Made by a program: the position numbers and the translations under genes | IMG/VR virus record: IMGVR_UViG_3300037424_000434 | Coordinates: 32,001-96,000 of that record | From: a virus | Taxonomy: Duplodnaviria > Caudoviricetes | Reading direction: 5' to 3' (one strand) | DNA: 64,000 nt | Part shown: piece after piece, positions 16,829 through 26,012 of the stretch | Layout: every line of letters begins with the position of its first letter | Numbering within the stretch: position 1 is the first letter of the stretch | The notes under the pieces: generated by a model | What the model was told of the DNA's origin: nothing | Databases searched by the model: none | Seen by the model: only the letters and a program-made list of their open reading frames with translations

Positions 16829-18088
16829 TTATATCGAGAGCATATACATATAAGCTTTGCCTGACTCGGAACCACCAGCATCATCTTCATTGTATGCGCC
16901 AACAATAGCATAAGAATCACTTATACCAACCGAATAACCAAAGTAATCGTAAGAAGACGTATCATAGGCATTTGGATTATCTAATGTCCATAATAAACCA
17001 CCCGTAGCAGGATTAAATATATAAGCTTTTCCTGAATCGGTGCCCCCGGCATCGTCTTCTGTATATGCCCCAACAATTGCATATGATTCACTTATAGCAA
17101 CTGAATAACCAAACCTATCAGTGGCAGACGTATCATAAGCATTTGGATCGTTTAACGTCCATAATAAACCACCTGTAGCAGGATTAAATATATAAGCTTT
17201 TCCTGACAGTGTGCCACCAGCATCATCTTCTGTATAGGCACCAACAATTGCATATGTTTCACTTATACCAACCGAATATCCAAAAAAATCATTAGCAGAG
17301 GTTGAATACGCATTTGGATTATTTAACGTCCATAATAATGCTCCAGTAGCATTATCGAATATATAAGCTTTTCCGGAAGAACCCCCACCAGCATCATCTT
17401 CGTCCCTTGCGCCAACAATTGCATAAGATTCGCTTATAGCGACAGACCACCCAAACCTATCATTGACAGGGGTTGAATAAGCATTTGGGTTATTTAATGT
17501 CCATAATAATGCTCCTGTAGCAGGATTAAATATATAAGCTTTACCTGAACTGAGGCCACCCTCATCTTCATTGTGCGCACCAACAATTGCATATGATCCA
17601 CTTATGGCAACTGAATATCCAAAAAAATCCATGGCAGAGGTGCCGTAAGCATTTGGATTATCTAATGTCCATAATAATGCTCCAGTAGTTGGATTAAATA
17701 TATAAGCTTTACCCGAATCTCCACCACCAGCATCATCTTCACTATATGCGCCAACGATTGCATATGATTCACTTATGGCGACAGAAAACCCAAAAGAGTT
17801 TCCGGCAGAGGTACCATACGCATTTGGATTATCTAATGTCCATAATAATGCTCCTGTAGCATTATTATATATGTAAGCTTTTCCTGACAGTGTGCCACCA
17901 GCATCATCTTCCCCGTCTGCACCAACTATCGCATACGAAGCACAAACACCAACAGAACGTCCAAACCAGTCAGCAAAGGAGGTATCATAAGCATTTGGAT
18001 TATCAAATGTATACACCGGCACCGTTGGATCGGCTATCGGGGGTGGGGCCAACAACAATTGGATAAAAGAAATAGTTCCTACACTCAT
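16829..18088 (-). CDS. FG-GAP repeat (integrin-alpha-like beta-propeller) protein
   Basis: About 7 repeats of FG.SVAISESYAIVGA..EDDAGG..SGKAYIFN. Confidence 0.9.
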   Translation of the reverse strand: MSVGTISFIQLLLAPPPIADPTVPVYTFDNPNAYDTSFADWFGRSVGVCASYAIVGADGEDDAGGTLSGKAYIYNNATGALLWTLDNPNAYGTSAGNSFGFSVAISESYAIVGAYSEDDAGGGDSGKAYIFNPTTGALLWTLDNPNAYGTSAMDFFGYSVAISGSYAIVGAHNEDEGGLSSGKAYIFNPATGALLWTLNNPNAYSTPVNDRFGWSVAISESYAIVGARDEDDAGGGSSGKAYIFDNATGALLWTLNNPNAYSTSANDFFGYSVGISETYAIVGAYTEDDAGGTLSGKAYIFNPATGGLLWTLNDPNAYDTSATDRFGYSVAISESYAIVGAYTEDDAGGTDSGKAYIFNPATGGLLWTLDNPNAYDTSSYDYFGYSVGISDSYAIVGAYNEDDAGGSESGKAYMYMLSI

Positions 18089-19569
18089 TAATTTTCATCC
18101 CTCTCTTCGCCGTCTTGGGGTTTATCTGTCTCTTCTAATTTTTCTGTAACCGCGTAAACTTTGCCGGGGTTAATAACAGACCCGGAGCGAATCATAAAGT
18201 CTTTATTGATCAGCACCGGGGTAGATTTGTGGCTCCTATCATTAAGATTGAATAATACTCCCTTATACTTAACCCCTTCAAACGTAACATCAAGTTTAAC
18301 AATAGGGCGTTTGTCCATTTTTTCATCTGATGTATGATTGGCTTTGATACGTACACTATCGTATTTCGTTCCTGTCATGCTTTTACCATTAGTGGTCCAC
18401 GTAACCTTGCGTCCTTTGATTTCGATGTCCTGAGCATCCAATGACGCACTCTCAGCAGCATTCCCTGTATCAAACCTTGCGGCAAAATCACCAATACCTT
18501 CAATTGTGATAGTTTCTAGAACCCCAACCTCCTGAGAGGGTCTTGTCCAATTAACGCCATTCTTGACATATTCCATTACCTCTGATATAATGTCTTTTTT
18601 TGTTAATGCCTCAATACCATCTGTGCCAGCGGAGGCATTAACCTCCAGTACATAGGGGTTACCGTCCTTGTCAAACATAATATCAACGCCAAGCCATTTG
18701 CCTCTGACCGCCTTGGCAGCACGTATGGCTAGTTTGGCAGTTGCTTTATCAGGTTCATACTCTCTTGTTGCCCCCCCAAGATGCACGTTACTTCTAAAAT
18801 CCCCTTTCACAACATCTCGTCTCATCGAAGCAATGACTTTATCCCCCAGAACATGGATTCTAACATCATGGTCTGATTGTATATATTCCTGTATCATAAG
18901 TTCTACACCGGAACCAACGGACCATAGCGCCTGTAACGTGGATCTGAGGGCTTTGGCATCTCCTGCAATAGCAACCCCCTTCCCCTGAGTTCCGCTAAGT
19001 GTTTTGATAATTACAGGAAACTGGCCACCAACCTTTTTGTGGGCATACTGGATCATATCCTCATTTGATACCAACATTGATTTGGGGGTGGGAACATTGT
19101 TTTCTGTTAACTTAAGGTAAGTTAGATATTTATCTTCGCATATTTCAAACACAGTGAGTTCGTTGAGAAAACAGAATTTATAGTGCTCCAATTGAGATAT
19201 GAGGTTGCGTGAATATCCATGGAACACAACGCCTCTTCGGGCAATAACAAAGGTTTTGTCTCTGTTAATTCTGAAACCATCGTCATCCCCTACATTGTGG
19301 ATGGTTACCTTTCCGTCTTTCTTTGTCTCCAAATAAGCGGTGTCGGCAAATGCAGTATAGTATTTTATATCATTTCTGGTACAATATGCTTCAAACTTTT
19401 TGATAGTGGGGTTCTTGGAACTTCTGTTCCCCTTGGAATCAGTGGATGATGTGAGCAAAAGAATACTAAGACCGTGAACCTCGTCGATTTTGTCGTTATC
19501 TTCCTCTGGGTCATGTTCTGTTTTTTCTTTAAGTAACCTTAATTGCTCAAACTCTTCTTTTAGTGTCAT
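18088..19569 (-). CDS. rimK: RimK-family ATP-grasp ligase fused to a retropepsin-like (RimB-type) protease
   Basis: IKTLSGTQGKGV, QEYI, DVRI, FRSN, GVDI, LEVN; C-terminal ARFDTGN. Confidence 0.85.
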   Translation of the reverse strand: MTLKEEFEQLRLLKEKTEHDPEEDNDKIDEVHGLSILLLTSSTDSKGNRSSKNPTIKKFEAYCTRNDIKYYTAFADTAYLETKKDGKVTIHNVGDDDGFRINRDKTFVIARRGVVFHGYSRNLISQLEHYKFCFLNELTVFEICEDKYLTYLKLTENNVPTPKSMLVSNEDMIQYAHKKVGGQFPVIIKTLSGTQGKGVAIAGDAKALRSTLQALWSVGSGVELMIQEYIQSDHDVRIHVLGDKVIASMRRDVVKGDFRSNVHLGGATREYEPDKATAKLAIRAAKAVRGKWLGVDIMFDKDGNPYVLEVNASAGTDGIEALTKKDIISEVMEYVKNGVNWTRPSQEVGVLETITIEGIGDFAARFDTGNAAESASLDAQDIEIKGRKVTWTTNGKSMTGTKYDSVRIKANHTSDEKMDKRPIVKLDVTFEGVKYKGVLFNLNDRSHKSTPVLINKDFMIRSGSVINPGKVYAVTEKLEETDKPQDGEERDEN

Positions 19570-19592
19570 TTAATACCTCATTAACATTTTCG

Positions 19593-19826
19593 CTATATCA
19601 AGTCTTTGTCCCAGTTTTTGTCACCACTTGTCCACTTAAGATATGCTTCGTGGTCTTTTCCTGTTAACTCGAACGGGTCATCTTCGTTTGTATGGGCTGA
19701 TTCTATCTCAAACGCTAACCGGTATCTTATTGCGCCTTTAGCCCATTTCATATCATCACCAAATCGTTGAAGTAGGTTGCCTTTCTTTTCGATCAGATAT
19801 TTATTAGCTATTTCATTTATATCCAT
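19593..19826 (-). CDS. Putative internal head protein
   Basis: MDINEIANKYLIE leader. Confidence 0.6.
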   Translation of the reverse strand: MDINEIANKYLIEKKGNLLQRFGDDMKWAKGAIRYRLAFEIESAHTNEDDPFELTGKDHEAYLKWTSGDKNWDKDLI

Positions 19827-20052
19827 TAATCTCCCCAATATCTTTGATGATGTCAAATTCCATCTGTCTCAACTCTTTCAACATTGCTTTGATTTTTGGT
19901 TTGTATTTTGCTGGCAATAACTTGTGGTCAAGAATGGTATCCAACCCAAAAGTAGCATCTTCAAACATTTGCCCATATGCCTCTTCAACAACTTCTTGTT
20001 GAGGTGATTTCTTAGACTCACCCAATAAACATTCTCTTAATGTTTTGCTCAT
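19813..20052 (-). CDS. Putative internal head protein
   Basis: MSKTLRECLLGE leader; coupled in the late operon. Confidence 0.6.
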   Translation of the reverse strand: MSKTLRECLLGESKKSPQQEVVEEAYGQMFEDATFGLDTILDHKLLPAKYKPKIKAMLKELRQMEFDIIKDIGEINGYK

Positions 20053-20768
20053 CACGCATTCCTCTCATTTCCGACTGCATCCCCAAACGCTCTGGATAAC
20101 GCAATCAGTTCGTTTATTGGTAGATCAATACGCAATACATGTACATGCATTTTGGGCTTGAGGAGCATCCCCGACAACCATCTATGGTGTCCATCAATAA
20201 TAAAATCGTCTTGACTTACAATAAATACTGACTTCCCTAGGAATGCTATAGTGCTATCAACGGTTCTGCCATCAAGAGAATCAAGTACCTTTGATACATA
20301 TATCTGTTTCTGGATCGGTTTGAGTTTCCAAATGGCTTCGTGACCCTTCGTAACCCGAACAACATCGTCTTCTTTTCTGCCATTGTCTTTCTGTGGTTCA
20401 CCGGCACTTAACCATCCTTTTGCCCTACTTCCCTTTAGGCGCTCCGGAAACAATTCATCTTGGTCGGTGTCGGGTGAGAAGGGAGCATATATATCAATCT
20501 TACCTTTGGCCAAATGATCTTGGAGACTTTTAACATCACCAGAACTTATAACAGGCATATCTTTTCGTTTAGTGTGCCCCAAACTCGCCGACTGTTTAGC
20601 TTTCTCGTATTGATCATCAAACTCTGGAATCTCTTTGTCCAGTTCTTTGTTGTTTGATTTGAACATTTTTTCAAACATCATTCGTGCTTTTTCAAGGGGG
20701 GTATTAAGGATCTCAAGCGTTCCCGGTTTCTCCCCTCCACCCTCTATCAAATATTTAATAAATCTCAT
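20052..20768 (-). CDS. ParB/Srx-like domain protein with capsid-targeting-like leader
   Basis: FIIDGHHRWL; MRFIKYLIE; late promoter at 20793-20800. Confidence 0.7.
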   Translation of the reverse strand: MRFIKYLIEGGGEKPGTLEILNTPLEKARMMFEKMFKSNNKELDKEIPEFDDQYEKAKQSASLGHTKRKDMPVISSGDVKSLQDHLAKGKIDIYAPFSPDTDQDELFPERLKGSRAKGWLSAGEPQKDNGRKEDDVVRVTKGHEAIWKLKPIQKQIYVSKVLDSLDGRTVDSTIAFLGKSVFIVSQDDFIIDGHHRWLSGMLLKPKMHVHVLRIDLPINELIALSRAFGDAVGNERNA

Positions 20769-20792
20769 AAAATCTCCCAATCCTCATGTTGG

Positions 20793-20800
20793 TATTTATA
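20793..20800 (-). promoter_or_regulatory. T4-type late promoter
   Basis: TATAAATA on the minus strand. Confidence 0.7.
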
Positions 20801-20843
20801 ACATTTTACCATACCACATCCGATACTATTTGTCTGTCTATAA

Positions 20844-21599
20844 CTAGAGTTTCACTAATGGGATTTTGTTTTTCATTACAGCCATGGCTTTTTGTGGTAT
20901 CTGATGTTTGACGCTATGCTTGACGGAAGTATATACAATAGCAAGCACCAAATTGTATGTCGCTTTACCCAACCATGGAGCAGAAATAATACCGCCAGTG
21001 GCGAACAATAACAGAAGCATCAACCCCTCCGGAGACATGAAAAGCTTTTCCAAACTATACTTTCCGGCTAATGCTAATGCTATGTTACTGAAGTCAAAAT
21101 CATAATCCATGTTTCCAATGAACGTCATATTCAACCATATAAAAAACAACAGTCCAGCCACGGCGGGGCCAGTCACTTTTGCTAAAAGGGGATGTTCGAT
21201 GATAAATTCGTCCATCTTCTTCGCACCTGATGTTGTCTGTTGAAATGCCCCTGTTTTGTGTAAATGCTTAAATACATCCAATAATCCTTGTTGCAGAAGA
21301 CCTGAGAATTTATTTATGGATTTGATCAGCTTGGTCAAACTCCATCCAATAGATTTAAACAAGTCAAACAGAGATTTGTTTTTGAGAGCATCCACAATAT
21401 CACCAACTCCAATTTGAAAATCAGTGCCTATGGAAAATAATTCGTCTTTTATGGGAGTAATTATCTTTTTTACAGCCGCGTTTTTTATGTCACGAAGAAC
21501 ATCGACCACTCCTTCGTTGGTGCCGAATACCGTGTCAACAGCATAACAATAGTCATCAAAGGTAATGTTTTGCTCTGTTATGTATCTATTAAACTGCAT
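20844..21599 (-). CDS. Hydrophobic protein with capsid-targeting-like leader
   Basis: MQFNRYITE; several TM-like segments in the C-half. Confidence 0.7.
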   Translation of the reverse strand: MQFNRYITEQNITFDDYCYAVDTVFGTNEGVVDVLRDIKNAAVKKIITPIKDELFSIGTDFQIGVGDIVDALKNKSLFDLFKSIGWSLTKLIKSINKFSGLLQQGLLDVFKHLHKTGAFQQTTSGAKKMDEFIIEHPLLAKVTGPAVAGLLFFIWLNMTFIGNMDYDFDFSNIALALAGKYSLEKLFMSPEGLMLLLLFATGGIISAPWLGKATYNLVLAIVYTSVKHSVKHQIPQKAMAVMKNKIPLVKL

Positions 21600-22101
21600 G
21601 TTCTCTCCTATTATGCCACTCTTCTAATCTAACAAATACCATATCTATAAGTTTCTTCATTATATATAGAAATATTGGGATAATTATGCTATTAACTAGT
21701 GGATTATCTACCTTTATTCCTTTGAACACGCTAACCGAGTCTTCTATTACGCTTTTTATGTAAAACTTGTCTCGCTCTAATTCCAGTTTCTCTCTTTCCA
21801 ACTCAGCAATACGAGACTCAAGTTCTTGTTTAAGAGGATCGATGGATGCGGGGGATCTTTGTGGACCCTCTTCAGCTTCCTCGATCTCCTGTTGCACCAT
21901 TTTTAGGTTACCTACTTCTATTGTGATATCTTTGGTTGTTTCGTCTATCAACGCGATATTTTTTTCAATTTTTGCTTGACCTCGTTCGGTGCTTTGAGTA
22001 TAATTGGAGTAATTATAGGACACCCATAAACCAAAACAAAATATACCAACAATCAAGTATACAGCAAATCTATACCATTTGAATCTCATAAAACGCTCCA
22101 A
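21589..22101 (-). CDS. TM-coiled coil-TM protein
   Basis: N- and C-terminal hydrophobic helices flanking a heptad region. Confidence 0.65.
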   Translation of the reverse strand: MERFMRFKWYRFAVYLIVGIFCFGLWVSYNYSNYTQSTERGQAKIEKNIALIDETTKDITIEVGNLKMVQQEIEEAEEGPQRSPASIDPLKQELESRIAELEREKLELERDKFYIKSVIEDSVSVFKGIKVDNPLVNSIIIPIFLYIMKKLIDMVFVRLEEWHNRREHAV

Positions 22102-22199
22102 ATTCTATTATATAGGTATTTATTCATTTGACGCTCATGTTTGAATTATGATAGGATATTTTTTGGGGGACACACAGAAATAGAAAGGAAAATAAGCCA

Positions 22200-22511
22200 A
22201 TGACCATCGCTTTCTGGGATCGTATTACTAGGATACATTCCAAACAGAACACGAAACTTGTGTGTCTGATATGGATAACGTCATTTCCCAATATGTTTGG
22301 AGCAAATGAGTGGGTTGCCGCTAAAAGCGTTCTGTTGGGATTTTTAATGATAGAACTCCAATTATTAGTATGCATATATACTATGGTATTCATTGTATTG
22401 GGTTTATATGGTATATGGAAAGTCAGTCAATACGAGAAAAAACAGCAGCGACAAGAAGAAGAAGCCCAGTATCGCCGGAGATCCCGTGCGGGGGGTCGAG
22501 CACGAAGCTGA
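22200..22511 (+). CDS. Membrane protein
   Basis: Hydrophobic core, basic tail. Confidence 0.5.
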   Translation: MTIAFWDRITRIHSKQNTKLVCLIWITSFPNMFGANEWVAAKSVLLGFLMIELQLLVCIYTMVFIVLGLYGIWKVSQYEKKQQRQEEEAQYRRRSRAGGRARS

Positions 22512-22551
22512 CGATTTTTTGTTAATACTGAAACCGTAGGGGATCACAAAT

Positions 22552-22848
22552 ATGGACCAAATTCAAGTAGAGCATTATCCCGTGGGTTTGTGTTGGCAAA
22601 CTGTAAACTACACCTGTACCATTGTTTCGGTTTCACTAAAAACCGGCCCGCTTGCTCGGGAGAACAGGCCAACAATAACCCACACATGGGCCTCTCATTT
22701 GGTGGAAGGCATCTCAAAAAAACATTCCATCAGGAATTACAGAAAAGAATATAGCTTCAAAAAACTACAGAAAGAGTTAAAAAGGGCTAATATTGAAATA
22801 CCCCCCAACCCGCCTACTTACTTTGACAGTGGTTTGTTTGTGGTATGA
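22552..22848 (+). CDS. Small protein with acidic LF tail
   Basis: Ends PPNPPTYFDSGLFVV. Confidence 0.65.
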   Translation: MDQIQVEHYPVGLCWQTVNYTCTIVSVSLKTGPLARENRPTITHTWASHLVEGISKKHSIRNYRKEYSFKKLQKELKRANIEIPPNPPTYFDSGLFVV

Positions 22849-22966
22849 TATTGACTCGATATCACGCTATGGTGGGCTATTGAGTATCCTATTATGGAGA
22901 TAAAACATGACAGAAGCCAACGAAACCCTCGATGACACAAAAACCCGGCTGTTTGTATTTTTCCCC

Positions 22967-22995
22967 TTGACTTAAGTAACACTCCTTGCTAGAAT
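22967..22995 (+). promoter_or_regulatory. sigma70 promoter
   Basis: TTGACT-N17-TAGAAT; spacer contains AAGTAAC. Confidence 0.7.
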
Positions 22996-23029
22996 GTTAT
23001 TACAACAAACAACGGCAAAGGAGTCTATC

Positions 23030-23338
23030 ATGGATATGGCAAAAAGAAAAGAAATCGCAGCAACAATCCTTCGGCAGATGGGTGGCACGGGTCGGCTCGT
23101 TGCCATGACCGGAGCAAAAGACTTTTGTGCCCACGAATCTGGGGTATCATTCAATTTCAAAGGATCTAAAGTGGCCAACTATATCAAGGTTATCTTGAAC
23201 TCTATGGATACCTATGACGTGGAATTCGGAAAAATCCGTGGATACACCTACCGTGTAGCAAAAGAGATGAGCGGCCTGCACTTCGATCAGCTCAAGGAGC
23301 AGTTCGAAGAGGTCACGGGATTGCATCTGACACTATGA
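23030..23338 (+). CDS. Conserved phage hypothetical protein
   Basis: IAATILRQMGG..RLVAMTGAK; AAGGAG RBS. Confidence 0.75.
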   Translation: MDMAKRKEIAATILRQMGGTGRLVAMTGAKDFCAHESGVSFNFKGSKVANYIKVILNSMDTYDVEFGKIRGYTYRVAKEMSGLHFDQLKEQFEEVTGLHLTL

Positions 23339-23348
23339 AAGGTGGTAC

Positions 23349-23714
23349 ATGTTAAAAACATATAAAGTCATTGTTGATGAGTTCCCCAGACTAGCAACCG
23401 CATTAAAGGAATTTATTGTTTTAGAGAACAATACACACGACGAGAGGCTGACAAATGTTCGCAACCAAATAAAGACTTTGGTGGGATTGTATTATCCTGA
23501 ATGGGATGTTAATATGCTGGGTCGTACAGGAACAGCCGGGAGTAGCGTCTGGATCGAAATAAAAAAAGAAATATGTATCACGGTCAAAGACAACGAGGTC
23601 AATCATCAATTGGACAACAAAAAACTACAGAAAGTGTTAAAAGGGGCTAATACTGAAATACCCCCCAACCCACCTACTTACTTTGACAGTGATATGTTTG
23701 ACTTAGAGAATTAA
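23349..23714 (+). CDS. Small protein with acidic tail
   Basis: Ends PPNPPTYFDSDMFDLEN. Confidence 0.65.
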   Translation: MLKTYKVIVDEFPRLATALKEFIVLENNTHDERLTNVRNQIKTLVGLYYPEWDVNMLGRTGTAGSSVWIEIKKEICITVKDNEVNHQLDNKKLQKVLKGANTEIPPNPPTYFDSDMFDLEN

Positions 23715-23786
23715 TTAAAGAAATTCCACAAACCCAACGACGAGTGTTGATTGACAAAAATATCTCGTTATCCTCAAAAATAAATA

Positions 23787-23815
23787 TTGACTTTCATAGG
23801 TAACCTTGTTATTAT
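23787..23815 (+). promoter_or_regulatory. sigma70 promoter with AGGTAACCT box
   Basis: TTGACT-ttcataggtaaccttgt-TATTAT. Confidence 0.75.
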
Positions 23816-23846
23816 GTAGTTGTGGTTAGGACGAACCCTTTGACGA

Positions 23847-24473
23847 ATGGAGAAAGTCATGGCATATGTATCTCAGGAAGACAAAAAGCGGTTGGCACCC
23901 GGCATCAAAGCTGTTCTAAAGAAATATGGAATGAAAGGTTCTATTGGTGTTCAGCACTATTCCACTCTGGTAGTTAAACTGAAAAGCGGGAAACTTGATC
24001 TGATCGGTAACTACAACGAGAATGCCCGTGACGAACACAAACGCCCTGACATGAAGCACTTGGACATCAACCTTTATTGGGTTGACACTAATTACAGTGG
24101 CAAGTGTCGTGACTTCATCAAAGAAATCCACAGCGCAATGAGAGGGGATGAGTATTTCGATGAATCGGATTCCATGTCTGATTATTTCCATTGCAGTCAT
24201 TACATGACGCTAACAGCCGGTGATTACAACAAGCCCTATGTCTTTGAGGGTGCCGTTGTTGAAGAAGTGGTTGAGGCTCCTGTTGTTGAAGAAGTGGTTG
24301 AGGCTCCTGTTGTTGAAGAAGTGGTTGAGGCTCCTGTTGTTGAAGAAGTGGTTGAGGCTCCTGTTCTTGATTGGCTTGATATCCTCAAACTGGAAAATGA
24401 AGAATTGCGTGATCGAGTTGCGGAGCTGGAAGCAAAACTTAAAAAAGTAAGTGAATTCGTTGCTACTTGTTAA
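23847..24473 (+). CDS. Conserved phage protein with EEVVEAPVV repeat
   Basis: MAYVSQEDKKRLAPGIKAVLKKYG pattern common in large phages. Confidence 0.8.
   Translation: MEKVMAYVSQEDKKRLAPGIKAVLKKYGMKGSIGVQHYSTLVVKLKSGKLDLIGNYNENARDEHKRPDMKHLDINLYWVDTNYSGKCRDFIKEIHSAMRGDEYFDESDSMSDYFHCSHYMTLTAGDYNKPYVFEGAVVEEVVEAPVVEEVVEAPVVEEVVEAPVVEEVVEAPVLDWLDILKLENEELRDRVAELEAKLKKVSEFVATC
24255..24362 (+). repeat. 27-bp tandem repeat, 4 copies
   Basis: gttgttgaagaagtggttgaggctcct, perfect copies. Confidence 0.95.
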
Positions 24474-24492
24474 TAAGGCACTATACCGCTCA

Positions 24493-24762
24493 ATGGATAC
24501 CGACAACCAGATGTATTCCCCAAAAACACAAAAAGGACAGTTGGTAAAATGTATATCAAAAACTCCACCTGTTGGGCTTGAGTGGGGGGAGGTATACACG
24601 GTTAAAGATGTCTGCAAATCATCGTTTCTTGACCCCCATACCAATAAACAAACATCAATGATATTATTACAGGTTGAAGGTGATTTTAGATGGCACCTGT
24701 CAGCACATTTCGCCCTACATACACCACCCCCGTTATTTGATGATGAGTTGTTCACTCTATAA
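24493..24762 (+). CDS. Small SH3-like protein with acidic LF tail
   Basis: KGQLVKCI...EVYTV; ends PPPLFDDELFTL. Confidence 0.65.
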   Translation: MDTDNQMYSPKTQKGQLVKCISKTPPVGLEWGEVYTVKDVCKSSFLDPHTNKQTSMILLQVEGDFRWHLSAHFALHTPPPLFDDELFTL

Positions 24763-24783
24763 ACAATAGACCTGCCACAAAAT

Positions 24784-24821
24784 GATAAATACTCTTGAGA
24801 CTTAATGACTTGGGAGTATTT
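24784..24821 (+). terminator. Intrinsic terminator overlapping late promoter GATAAATA
   Basis: 13-bp stem with G-U pairs, then T-run. Confidence 0.65.
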
Positions 24822-24829
24822 TTATATCT

Positions 24830-25288
24830 ATGAGACTACAACGTTACCTACAAGAAAAATATTTCAATACCATTGGTGGGTCAGGTACCGGCCAATATGA
24901 AATATTCCTCAATCCTGACCGCAAAGAATACAATGACCTGAAAATGAATTCAGCATATGGTGTTAGATTCATTCTCGACTTCAAAAACAAAAACTTTTAT
25001 GTCTTCCCTGCCGCAACCTTTCACGAGAGAGCCTTTAAGGTCATACGAGGGTTTCCCACTTTCGACAAATTCTGGGATAAAGGAGAAGGGATTGAGTGGA
25101 TATTGACCGGGGATTATTATGTTGCGGGTGATAAATACGGATCTGATGCATTAAATATGTTTGGTAAATTCCCCGGATATGACAAAAAATTAGAAATTTT
25201 GTTGAAGCAAGATTTCTCGTGGGCAAAAAGATATATTGACATACCAACGATAAAGAAATTAATAGAAGACGCTATACACAAGGAGTGA
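24830..25288 (+). CDS. Putative internal head protein, NP..E paralog family
   Basis: MRLQRYLQE; EIFLNP..E...RF..D.K.K.FY. Confidence 0.75.
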   Translation: MRLQRYLQEKYFNTIGGSGTGQYEIFLNPDRKEYNDLKMNSAYGVRFILDFKNKNFYVFPAATFHERAFKVIRGFPTFDKFWDKGEGIEWILTGDYYVAGDKYGSDALNMFGKFPGYDKKLEILLKQDFSWAKRYIDIPTIKKLIEDAIHKE

Positions 25289-25294
25289 GTAGAT

Positions 25295-26011
25295 ATGATT
25301 CAGTTAAGAGGTGGAGCACAAACAGGTTCGGTTAAAATGGACCGTATTCAAGAATTTGACGATAGAAGCAGAAATTTTCCTATTAGGCAATTAATAGGCG
25401 CAAGCACACCAAGATCTTATACTTGGCGCTGTAATGCTCAGCTTGACCAAGGGGCCGAGGGGTCGTGTGTGGGGTTTGGTGTAACACACGAACTCATTGC
25501 CCGGCCTGCCGAAGTCAAAGGTCTTGATGAGAAATATGCCAAAGAACAAATATACTGGGAAGCCCAAAAAAATGATCCATGGGATGGTGGTTCGTACCCC
25601 GGAGCAACACCTTTTTATGAGGGAACCAGTGTGTTGGCCGGAGTTAAACAGGCACACAAACTTGGATGGATGGAGTCTTATCACTGGGCATTCGGGATTG
25701 AAGACCTGAAAATGGGGGTAGGATATCATGGTCCTGCTGTTATCGGTATCAACTGGTATTCTGGCATGTTTATCCCTGACAGTAATGGATTTATTCATGC
25801 ATCGGGATATGTTGCCGGTGGGCATTGTATTCTAGTGAATTCTGTTAACATAAAAAAGCAAAGATTCACTCTTCATAACTCTTGGGGCGCAAATTGGGGT
25901 ATAAAGGGTGAGTGCTATATATCATTTGATGATATGAATCTTTTGTTGAAAGATCGAGGAGAAGCTGTATTCTTTTTGAAACGCCATAATAAACCACAAT
26001 TGGAGCAATAA
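25295..26011 (+). CDS. Papain-like C1 cysteine peptidase
   Basis: DQGAEGSCVGF, GGHCIL, HNSWG. Confidence 0.85.
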   Translation: MIQLRGGAQTGSVKMDRIQEFDDRSRNFPIRQLIGASTPRSYTWRCNAQLDQGAEGSCVGFGVTHELIARPAEVKGLDEKYAKEQIYWEAQKNDPWDGGSYPGATPFYEGTSVLAGVKQAHKLGWMESYHWAFGIEDLKMGVGYHGPAVIGINWYSGMFIPDSNGFIHASGYVAGGHCILVNSVNIKKQRFTLHNSWGANWGIKGECYISFDDMNLLLKDRGEAVFFLKRHNKPQLEQ

Positions 26012-26012
26012 T

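Larger units (their letters stand above)
22759..23691 (+). repeat. 73-bp direct repeat (22759-22831 and 23619-23691)
   Basis: 4 mismatches; encodes KKLQK.LK.AN.EIPPNPPTYFDS in two otherwise unrelated genes. Confidence 0.9.

Noticed and set aside
16829-18088. CRISPR-like repeat array
   Set aside because: Repeats are about 170-nt coding units in one open frame (FG-GAP blades), not repeat-spacer arrays.
24210-24755. Antisense ORF with NNRSLNHFF repeats and other shadow ORFs opposite real genes
   Set aside because: No RBS or promoter, and explained by the sense-strand VNTR or codon structure.
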